From Lepidodermella squamata (taxonomy: Eukaryota; Animalia; Gastrotricha): DNA of 64,000 nucleotides. The stretch is from the NCBI GenBank assembly GCA_047495785.1, contig JBLDXI010000023.1:992001-1056000 (forward strand), read 5' to 3'. A model generated the notes under the pieces. That model searched no databases. It saw nothing but the letters and a program-made list of their open reading frames with translations, and had not been told where the DNA came from. The translations under genes and the position numbers were made by a program. Positions 1 to 10,344 of the stretch are shown here, in pieces. Each line of letters begins with the position of its first letter. The stretch's first letter is position 1.

Positions 1-1028
1 CTAAATTCTGAAGTCTAACATTTATTGTTCATTGATATCATATGAATAGGGGAGACGAAATATGAGAAAGTGCTACGCCATTGACGTCAGATGGTCAGCT
101 GATTCATCAGCTCTTGGAGGAAATCTCAGTTAGCGCAGAGGCTATTATATTTTATTTTAATTTCCGGACGTGCCACAAGCACAAAAAAAAACCAGGCATC
201 CAAATATATCGTCGAGAGCTCATTTCCTTGAGGTCTTATAGGCACTTGAACAGTTTGAAGGCTTTGAAGTTTGAGTTCGCTATTTCAGAAACAAAGCCAC
301 CTTTTTGCTGGATCATTGCGAGGAAGTCGTGCAACCGCTTCATCTTCACCTCGCCATTGACTTCCAACAGCTTCGAATTCGCAAAATCTCAAAAATCAGT
401 TGGCTGGGCATAGTTGAACGCTTTATGAAAGGCTGGTGGGGTTGATTGCAATGCTTCTTCATCTACAGTATGCCGAACAGTAAGCTCCTCGTCATGTCAA
501 AACAAGCGCCATGCGTGGAAGAGCGTGGGTCGCAGTCGATAACAGGACCTGAAATTAAATTCGGTCAACACTGCCCGACTGAAGCAATAACACACGCATA
601 ATAATACTTTGAGTGAGCTAAACATAGCTAGAAAAGGTTAAAATGAATGCAAAAAGTAGCAAAGCTATTTTTAGATGAGTATTATTACGCGAACGCTCTG
701 TACTCTGTACTATCAGTCTCCCTCGCTTGCCCGAATCGTCGTTGCGACAGAAATTTGGCACTTGACGTGTCACGTCACGGTTAGCCATGCTGGTGAGGAG
801 GATGGCGATACGGAAGTGAAACCAGGCTGGCAGTCATCGCCAATAAGGACAAGTAATCCTGTTTCATTCGATCAGATACTACAGCGTAAAAGTGAAGGTT
901 CTTGTTAACGTAAATCACGCAAGTGAAGATCGTGACCATAAAAAGCTAGCTTTGGATAATTTATTCAATAAGCATTTAGGGATTTACCAATTCTTTGTTC
1001 AAATTTTCCGATTGTATTTGGTCTTGTA

Positions 1029-1399
1029 CATGACCTGGCGGTTCTTTTGACACCGAATTCGGGGCCACAAGGTCTGAGCAGGTCATTGAAAATGACAGTG
1101 AAATAACGTCGATTTTTTTGGATTAGGTATAGCCAAAAATCAGACCCGAGAATTGGACCTAATTATTAGACCCAGATTATGGCGTAATAATCGCAATTTC
1201 ACTGTTTTTTCTGTGCTTTCCTGGAAGTCTTTTGCCTAAAATTCGGTGTCAAAAGAACCGTCGAGTCATGGCCTACACTTTGCCGCCAGGCATTTTTCTC
1301 TACGACGCATCGTTTACCCGAAATACAAATTTCGGACAGACCCAGGATTTGGACCCGAATATCGGATCTCGCGGTCTATTTTGGCAGTTAAAGTGTTAA
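1029..1399. mobile_element. piggyBac-like non-autonomous element remnant (one end)
   Basis: Ends ...ttttggcagttaaagtg-TTAA (1396-1399). The same terminus occurs in reverse orientation at 26045. Internal inverted repeat 1029-1059 / 1240-1270. Confidence 0.5.
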
Positions 1400-1774
1400 T
1401 ACATCGAGTGCGGAGAAATTGAAAATCAATATTAGAAGTTTCTAGCGATTACGGTTAGAGATCGAGACAGTTCACCAAGATGAAACAATATCTCCCCTAA
1501 GGGGTACTAAGGCGCCGGAGGGGCAAAAGTCAGTTTTTCTGACTTTTATTGGTTTTTCAACGGTTTCTATTAAATTCGACCACGTTGAGTTCAGCGCAAT
1601 TTACAGAGTCGCTCTAGCTTTCATAGCTTCTTGTCTACAATATAGGGAACGCTAGGATGACGCCGCTATGACAACCATTTTAAAAAACAAGATTTCGGCT
1701 CTCACATCGCGAGCCTCTCTGAATGTCGCATTTTGTTAAATTCACCTTGTAATAACTCGGAAGGAGCTTGCCGG

Positions 1775-1944
1775 CGACTCGTCCGATCATATCCTGGGGG
1801 TTTAGCCGCTCAGAAAATCGTAAAACTACAGTTATCACGCCCGTCTGCATGGGTGGGGTTATTCTTCGCTTCACGAAAGCCGTGAAAACTGTTACTGCCT
1901 GAGTTTCTGAGCGGCTAAACCCCCAGGATATGATCGGACGAGTC
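1775..1944. repeat. About 42-bp inverted repeat pair (MITE-like)
   Basis: cgactcgtccgatcatatcctgggggtttagccgctcagaaa (1775-1816) and its reverse complement at about 1903-1944. Confidence 0.7.
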
Positions 1945-2295
1945 GGGACAGACTGGGATAGACTGCATTAGCCCATTTTAGAGTGAAAATGTTCAACCGA
2001 GAAGCGAGGTGCGCTACAAATCTAAACAAGCTGGCTTGAACGCGAACAGAATCTCAAAACAGAATCTCTTGTTCACATTAGGGTGTCCACACTTGTTGGT
2101 AGCGTTGAATTTTGAACCGATGACTTTCCCATTTACATGTGCTCACAGGTGGTATGGTTATACTTCTCGGTAAAAGACGACGAACCCACGAATCTCCGAT
2201 TTATTAATGTAAAATAAGGACAATTAAATTTGAATTTACAACTAATATTCATAACGAGCTATCAGCTTCAGAAAGGTCATTCTAGTGCTACTTTT

Positions 2296-2366
2296 TCAAG
2301 TTTTCCATCCTGGCCAGCCTCCGAGACTGGGACTTGACCCCAGCGGAAGTAGCGTATTACTGACAC

Positions 2367-2402
<36 letters not shown>

Positions 2403-5400
2403 TAGGAGCGGTGGTAGTAGCAGCAGTACTAGTAGTTGCGACACTAGTAGTAGTAGTAGTAGTAGTAGCAGTAGTAGTAGTAGTACCGGCACTAGGAGTA
2501 GTACTACTAGTGATTCCGACACCAGTCGTTGCTGGGGCATTGGTCGTTATCAAATAGAATGGCATCGGTTTAGCCGTAATAGCTCCAGCGGCTATTAGTG
2601 CGGATATAGCCTGAGTATTGCCGTATATTAGCGCTAAGTCAAGTGGGGAATAGCCTTCGTCATTCAGCACATTGAAATCAGCTCCAGCTGCAATCAACTC
2701 GGCCGCATTACTTGTGAATTCGCGAGCTGAGAGGATGTGCAGAAGCGTATCTCCCCTTCGGAGTTTTCGATTGATATCGTATCCCTTCTCGACTAGAAGC
2801 TTGGCCAAACCGTCAAAACTGCGGTATTTCGGAATAAAGGTCAGGCAAGTATCGTTGTTCTTGTTCTGGGAATTCACGTCCACTCCAGTGAAATTCGCAA
2901 ATCGCCTGACTCGGAAAAGAGGGAAGTCAGCATTCTTACAAGTCAACAAAAAGGCGTTATTCCCATCATTGTCTACAGCTGACAAATCCGCACCCGAATC
3001 CACGAGAAGATTGGCTACACTTTCCTTGCTTTCACTAGCTGCAATCATTAGCGGAGTTTTGCCAGTCGATTCTCGATCCTCTAGGCCAATGCCAGGGGTT
3101 GCGATTAATAATCTCGCTAGATTAACGTCATTTTCACGTGCAGCTAGATGTAGCAGTGTATAATTTGCATATCCGTATGAGGTTGAATTAATCCTGATTG
3201 CAGCATCGGCCCCTTTCGATATCAGATATTCATAGACTTGAACGCGATCTGGCGACTTCAAGTACATGGCTGCGACTACAAGTGGAGTCCTGCCTTCGGT
3301 ATCCTTGTCCGAAACAGAATTTCCAGCCTCCTCAACAGCGAATTTCACCACAGGGAGAGCAGGCATCTTCGAGATCCGGCAAGCCTCCGAAAAGATTCGA
3401 TCCAAGTTTTTGGAAGCTCCTTGCGAAACGAGAAATTTAACGATTTCAAGATTCGTTGCTGTAGCGTCGAGAATCGCCGTTCTCCCGTTCGCTTCCAAAT
3501 CGACATCTGCACCGAATTGCACGAGCAATTTAACCAAATCAAGGCGACCTTGTTCAGCTGCAAGCATTAGAGCAGATTTCTTAAATTTCGGGTGAATCGC
3601 ATTAGCATCGCCATCATTTTCGAGTAGAATCTGAAGCATTTCCAACGAAGCATTGGCAACACTTATAGCAGCAGCCACCACTGGGATCGGCTGGAAGAAA
3701 TCGCCGGTGTAGTAGTCGTTGTGCAGTTCTATTATGAGATCGTCCCCACGGGCTTGATTGAGTCGAATCATCTCGCGAACAGCAGTGATGTTCCCAGTAT
3801 TGACTTTTCCAGCAAATTCCTAGTGGGAACAATTTTGTAAATTCATAAATTTTTTAAACATTTTATTTAGAGGGTTTATCCTCAAGCTGGGGGTGCTCTA
3901 TTTTCTATTGTACTTTCACCCCGATATTTCGAATTGAAGGATCCGCAAATTTTAAGCAAATTTTAACATACCGAAATACGCCATTCATTCCGTACAGCTT
4001 TCACGGCTGATCGGGTAGTTGTGCTAGTCTTCGCTGCAGCAGTTGATCTTGCCTTGAAAATAGCTCCAACAATGGGCTGCAGACCATCATTAATTGCCTC
4101 GTCGCTTGGCGTTAATGGCCAAATTTTAGCGGAATTCATTGCCGCTGATGTCGTCGAAATTGTGGATGAACTCGCTGTTGTCGAAGTTACGGGACTGGTC
4201 GATGATCTCGTGACTAACTCACTGCCCAAGGCAGCACCTCGCCTTCTCAAATTTCCGATACTGAATTCGCCGTTAATCAATCTCGCGGCGTCCAAGGCAG
4301 TTTGGCCACTGTCATCAGTTGCATTTACATCAACGCCAAGATCTAGCAAGGCCACAAGAGTGTGCTCCCGATTTTTATCGCGAGCTGCGGACATGAGAGC
4401 GGTAATGCCCGAATAGCCCCTAAGGTTAAAATCGTAGCCTTTACTAGCCAGGTACTGCATAATTTCAACAAGATCCCAGTCGTTAACCTGCAAACCATTT
4501 CGCCACTGAAGGCGATAGTCGCAGGCTGCAGCTTTCGACCTTGAATTGACGTTATTTTGACCGATTTCGATGGCAAACTTGATAAATGTAAAAAGGGCCG
4601 AACCAGCACGATTAATTTGACAAGCTTGCAGCAACATATTATCACCTTCGTTATTACTCGCCAGCGCATCCGCTCCTAGGTCAATCAAATATTGGAGTAG
4701 ACCGAGGGAATACCCAGCCCTAGCCGCGATCAGCAAAGGCGTGTTGCCTCCATTATCCCTCGCATTAACATCCATCTTGAACTGTTCCACTAGTAATTTA
4801 GCAAAAGGCACGGGATCAATTGTGTCAACCGCGCAAAGTATGTGAAGGGCAGTTTGTCCGGCGGAGTTTCTGGAATCTGGTGATTCGAATGGCAGCAAGT
4901 AGTAAGCTAGCCGGAGATATTCTTGAGTGATTGGGCCGTCAAAAGCAACCATCAACGCCGTCTGGTTCTTTTGGTCTCGAACATCCGTCCTTGCTGCGTA
5001 CTTTTCAACGAGAAGTCTCGCTAGGTCCAGTCGGCCAACTCTTACTGCCCAGAGGAATGGAGTTTTTGAATCGTCCCTAGGACCGATATAATCCAAAAAA
5101 TTTTTTGCCTCGACATTCGCGCCATTTCGTAGTAGTAAGTCGACCATTTCGAAGCTCTGATTCGTTCGAATTGCATTTACCAAAGCCGGGGCACGGACTC
5201 CCGATCGGTATTTCGCCGTGGAATTTGCTTTACCAAGGCCTGAATTCAACATTTGACGAACAGTAGAGATTTGTCCCGACATAACAGCTTGGTTCAAAGC
5301 CTATATAAATGAACAGCTCAAAACGTCAAGACGCTAAAACATGTTCAAGATCTTACGTTGCCGTAATCGATCTCACTTGCGTGAATGATCACACCAGCGA

Positions 5401-5437
5401 AACATATTTCGAACAAAATTACGTAGATGGATATCAT
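2296..5437 (-). CDS. Secreted ankyrin-repeat protein, copy 1 (3 exons, 977 aa)
   Basis: Exons 5437-5357 (MISIYVILFEICFAGVIIHASEIDYGN, signal-peptide-like), 5300-3972 and 3819-2296. Both introns are GT-AG phase 0 (56 and 152 nt). Many TPLxxAA / GADxxxxD ankyrin motifs, an S/T-rich linker, a poly-Thr tail and C-terminal GGWPGWK. Confidence 0.9.
2366..2510. repeat. (TAG/ACT)n microsatellite encoding the poly-Thr tail of ankyrin copy 1
   Basis: Directly visible agt repeats, in frame with exon 3. Confidence 0.9.
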
Positions 5438-5509
5438 TTGACTTCCAGATGGATTTCTAGAGATTACAAAGAGAAATGTTAAAGAATGCTGAAATCAAAG
5501 AGACATTAA

Positions 5510-5800
5510 TTTTTTTCAGCTATCATCAAACAAAAAAAGCACGATTCTACTACAGCATTGCCGTGCGTGCTCAGTCAGGTGTGCCACGAGGTTTTTTCCA
5601 CCCTGAGGAATTGTATTATTCTACTTAAGTCTTAGGTAAATGGCAATCATTCGACATCAAAATCTTTAAAATATTTGAAGAATGCTCAAATCTTGGAGAC
5701 ACGAATGATTTTCAGCTATTATTAAGATATAAAACACGATACTACTATGGCATTCTTGCCGAGCGTGGTCATCCAGGTTTGCCAAAGAGGTTTTTTCATG
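5510..5800 (-). promoter_or_regulatory. Conserved upstream module of the ankyrin genes (about 100-190 bp; doubled in copies 1, 2 and 5, single in 3, 4 and 6)
   Basis: ttttcagcta...acgattctactacggcattgccgagcgtggtcatccaggtttgccaaagaggttttttccacc recurs at about 5515/5710, 13780/13965, 19730, 25665, 31705/31900 and 45000, just upstream of each ATG. Confidence 0.55.
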
Positions 5801-6849
5801 TGGGGATTCGTCTTTTTCTTCTACTCAATAACGTGACGCCATTGTGTGTTTAACTCTGCGTCGTGTTTACATGGTCACCCAATTTCGCATCATGGCCACT
5901 GTTTACTGAGGCAAAAGATTTTCTCAATTCTGACAACATTTCCCAACATTTTGAAATCTTCTGGTTTGAGCGGCCGAAGGAGGTGCTACATAGACCAAAT
6001 ATTTATGCACTTTACCTTCTTATTGATATTATTGTATATTTTGAAGGAGAGGAAAAGAGGTATATCACGCCACGCTGGGGTTCGCTGGGTGTACCCTTGG
6101 ACGAAGGAGGACAGTTCTGTTGATATTCGGTAGCTGAAATCGGGTGAGAGTGCAGTAAACAAATGGAGAACATGGCGTGATTACTCCGGTTGCAGCGTCC
6201 ATTAAAACGACCAGCTCCCGGTCAATGTCCATCAATCTGAAACAGCTCAGACCTGCAGGGAAGCCACCTACTCGCACTTCTACGAAATAAATGCTGCAAA
6301 ATTGAAATTAAAATGAAGCTCTATATATTATATTTTTATATTTCCTTATCCACGGTAAAAAAACGGTGAGCTGCCGTTGTTGTAATATTGTTTCGTTTTC
6401 CTTATGGTTGACTCAAATTTATGTCATCTCCAATTGTCCTATCCTTTTGTAACTGTCCTGCAATTATCTGTTTTCTTTCAAACTTAACTTTATCGAGCTG
6501 CCCTCTCTGGGTGTCATAGCTTTGAAATAAATAAAATAAATAAATTCATGGTCTATCGAATGTTAATTATTGTTCTAAATAGTTGCAGGTTATATCTGAG
6601 ATCCATGAATACTCTCATTGTTTGTCCTTGAAAATTGGCAACAATCGCCCTCAAAATAAAATAAAGTAAAATTTTGCAAATTATGCATGCATTTAACCCC
6701 TCGCTTCAGGATTAGGATTAGCAGTATTAGCAGGGCTGGAAAAAGTGTAAAACCTTCCGCTACCGCAAGTCGGAAGTTCTCCAAACTTCAAAATTTCCCC
6801 TCAGAATTTTTCATTCAAATTTTCATACGTTTGTATATTCGTTTATTTA

Positions 6850-7108
6850 CACTAGGAAAAAAATCCGGTTTATTAGCTCAAAAGCCCTCAAAATGCTCTT
6901 GCTAATAAACCTGTCGCCAAAGGGTTTATTAGCTATATTTAGCTAAATATCCAGCTAAATAGCCATAATTTGATTGCGCAAAAATGAAAAATAAGCTATT
7001 TAGCTGGATATTTAGCTAAAAATAGCTAATATAGCCTTTGGCGACGGGTTTATTAGCAAGAGCATTTTGAGGGCTTTTGAGCTAATAAACCGGATTTTTT
7101 TCCTAGTG
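6850..7108. mobile_element. Foldback MITE with CACTAG termini
   Basis: About 110-bp near-perfect inverted arms (cactaggaaaaaaatccggtttattagc.../...gctaataaaccggatttttttcctagtg), flanked by TA. Confidence 0.85.
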
Positions 7109-7566
7109 TATACGCCTTATTTTATTCCTAGTGTGAATACGCGATTGGTGCCTACAATAATCCATAACAATGAGTAAGAAATTGAATTTGCAAGGCTTTC
7201 GATTTTCCAACAGCACCAACAGCAAGGTGATCAATCTTGCAGGTAATGTTTTTGATGTAAAACTCATCAAAACAGGAACTGAAATGCCGGTAAATGACCT
7301 GAAAAGTTTGGTTGCCTTGGCGAATGAAAATGGCCAGGATTTTGACGGTGATTTGTTGGCTGAACAATACGAGATCTGGTGCGATCGCGTGCGACAACTT
7401 CCAGCTACTTTTTTTGAGCGACCTATCGACGTTCTGTACAAGTCGTTGAAAGATCAGAACTTATACGCAACCTCCTGTGCATCGCCCATTGTGAAGCACC
7501 TACACTGTATCTGGCGATATTTCGCAAGCTCGATTTTGCGATTTTACACAAATCGCAAATTCTTTA

Positions 7567-7640
7567 GCGAGCAGTGAGGGTTGAACCAGCGACCTTTCGA
7601 TCAGCATTGGCGAAGCTTAACTAATGAGCTAAGCCGCCGC
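7567..7640 (-). other. tRNA-like (SINE head or pseudo-tRNA) segment
   Basis: Minus strand gcggcggcttagctcattagttaagc...ggttcaaccctc shows A-box-like and B-box-like motifs, but no convincing anticodon stem. Confidence 0.3.
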
Positions 7641-7678
7641 TCACTATTTATGCTGATAAAAATTTGTTTTTATGTGTA

Positions 7679-8070
7679 CCACAGGTAATTACCGGTAATT
7701 AGTATGGCTCCTGATGACTGTCGAATTTCCGGAAAATAATGATGCCATCGTGATCAGCGACCTTCTTTCCCCTTGGAACCCTCAAAGAAACCGTTAATTG
7801 CTGATAGGAAATCAGCGTAATTTCTCAAGAAACTTGTCCAGATTGCGGCAGGGATGAAAATAAGTAGAAATCCAGCTCATTTGAGGAAAACTGGGAACCG
7901 CGGGTTAGGGAACAGGAATATTGGGAAATTGGACCGATTTCTTATCAGCAATTACCGGTGTCCTTGGAGGTTCCAAGGGGAAGGAAGGTCGCTGATCACG
8001 ATGGCATCATTATTTTCCGGAAATTCGACAGTCATCAGGAGCCATACTAATTACCGGTAATTACCTGTGG
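7679..8070. mobile_element. MITE with long TIRs, TA target site
   Basis: ccacaggtaattaccggtaattagtatggctcctgatgac... with over 80 bp of perfect inverted match at the other end. TA on both sides. Confidence 0.85.
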
Positions 8071-10156
8071 TAATAAAATTTATTGCCCCCTGAAAAAATG
8101 CCGGAAATTGTTCGTGCAACACATGTTTTTGGTCAAAATTTCGCGCTGATTCCGAATCCGAGGTCAGTTCTGCGATTCCGATCTTCCGCTAATCCCCCCA
8201 AGCGCTGTCAGCTTCCCAATTTTTTTGAAATTCGAGCTTTTTGAGGGAAAAGTTAATTTTCGAAATTTTGATGATGCGAGATGAAAGAACTAATAAATAA
8301 CCCATTATTACTCAGTTTTCATATTTCTCAACGTAATTTTGACAATGATTAAGTGAAAATCATGATTTGAAAATTTTTCCAAATTTCCCAAATCTTCCGA
8401 TACCGCTGATACCGTGACAATATTTCCAGCCCTGAGTATTAGGAGCGAGACTGGCGGCGGTGGCGTCGGACTTCATGTTGCTAAGATTAGCATAGGTTAA
8501 CAAAGACGAGAAAGTGCTCAATATCTATTTTAAATGTTATCCAATCAAACTCATTTGCTCTGTTCGCGCTACTCTATGTTAGATAAATGAGCCGCCACAA
8601 GTGAAAACCGTGGGTTACGCACTTATTCATTTTGAAGCTTGTTGCTTGCAGTATTTTTAGACACAAAAACCGCCGATGAATTCCAAACTTGACCTTTGAC
8701 GTCATTGCGTCGCATGCGTGCGATCAAAAATACTCGCTATTAAATTGGCGTTTTTTACTTGTTTTCAGCATTTTTTTCCACCAATCACGTATCATGAGGC
8801 TTATTCCTCAACCTTTTATCACAAAGCATCTCAATTTCCGGAAACTCGATGTCCTTCGAACTAGGAGGAACAACGCTTGGTGTGCTAGAATTGAGTGATG
8901 AAAATAAAATGGGACTTGATAGCAATCAGAAACGCAAACATTTCACCCCTATTTTGAAAGTCATTTAAGGGCTATAGGATTCAAGCGTCTGAGTTGTCCT
9001 GGGCAAATAATATCAAGGCGCAGATTCTCGCAGCGTCATGTTAAAAGTGCAAATTATGTAAGGTATGCCTATGCTGAAACGCCAAAACTTGAATTTTCGC
9101 CGAGGACAAAATTATCGCGCATTCATCCATGTGATCTCTGGTTTCATTCCCATATTTGAAAGGGCTGAAATGGCCGAACGGACTTTTGAAAAAAATGGCG
9201 TAAAGCCCCTCAGAAAATTAATGTCATCCTGCGAAAATGAAGTAGAGCATATGTTAATTTATTTTTTTAAGTATGTTAGTAAGTAGACCAGCTGTGGAGT
9301 AACAAGAGTAGCGCTGCGAACGAAAAAATAAAAACAACGCAAAATCTGCCTGATTTCAAAAGCGCTGATTTGTCAAGGCGTTTTCAAGGCGCATTGTGCA
9401 CTCTCAGGTGTGCGATCGTGTTTTTAGCCATGAATTTCGTACCCTAAGACTTTTACGGAAAAATTGCGATATAGTGAACGCTGTTCGTGCCATCAAGTTT
9501 GTTCACAATAACGAAATTCCACCATAGTGATAGTTGAAAAAAAACTTTTATATGTCTTCAAAGCTCCTAATATTACTGCTAAATGCATCGGCGGCGTATA
9601 TATAATCGAAAAACCTGATTCTTAAGCGAAACGTAATCAGTAATAGTCATTTGAACAGTTCTGATAGTCGCCAACAGCTCGGGGCCCGCTCCTTGAAGCT
9701 TCTTCAAGGGGTGGGCCTGACAAGCCCTGACGAGCCCTGACAACTGACAACTGTTGGCCCGTCTGAGTCGAGTGAAATTGCGCTCAAGACCCTTAATCTA
9801 CGCTAGGGATTCACTAATTTTGGAAGCTTGAGAACGATTTTCATGTCTTTTTACAGTTCATCAAGTTTTTGAAATCGTTTTTGAAGAATTTATTTTTCAA
9901 AATTTAGCCTCGTTCATTATATCGCTCGCTAAACACGTGTTTTATATGGCGCATGCGCCACAAAAAGCGTTTACAATGACGATTGTTCACTATATGTGTC
10001 GTTCACAATACCGATAGCTATTATAAGGTAAATAGGTCACTTTGAACCGAGTGCCAGCAAAATCGTTCACTGCAGCGATAGTTCACTATAAACGGCTATC
10101 ACTATAACGATAATATACTGTATATCTACAGGTGCTCGCGGGAAACACCCAAGATC

Positions 10157-10344
10157 TGGAAAATTTGAAACAGCCAGCATTAAACTGCCTTTCCTTAATT
10201 GACAGCTATCTTTGGTTATGAACATTATTTGTAGAATCGAATTTAATTAATTAATTAAATTCGATTCTACAAATAATGTTCATAACCAAAGATAGCTGTC
10301 AATTAAGGAAAGGCAGTTTAATGCTGGCTGTTTCAAATTTTCCA
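10157..10344. repeat. Perfect 188-bp palindrome (94-bp arms, no spacer)
   Basis: Centre at 10250/10251 (atttaattaa|ttaattaaat). Covers the last codons, stop and 3' UTR of ankyrin copy 2. Confidence 0.92.

Larger units (their letters stand above)
6731..8434. mobile_element. hAT-family element (non-autonomous, with nested MITEs)
   Basis: TIRs cagggctggaaa...tttccagccctg and a perfect 8-bp TSD agtattag (6723-6730 and 8435-8442). The empty site is visible in the paralogous spacer near 14563. Possible transposase remnant at 7170-7430. Confidence 0.85.

Noticed and set aside
81-413. 110-aa ORF at the window start
   Set aside because: No recognisable motif and a non-ATG start; cannot be supported.
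2277-2557. Poly-Leu and poly-Val ORFs that look like membrane proteins
   Set aside because: Alternative frames of the (ACT)n poly-Thr microsatellite in ankyrin copy 1.
5846-6560. Short ORFs repeated at 14206-14450
   Set aside because: Part of the duplicated spacer, truncated or frameshifted between copies, with no recognisable domain.
7567-7640. Functional tRNA gene
   Set aside because: The anticodon stem does not pair convincingly and it lies inside a transposon; tRNAscan-SE would settle it.
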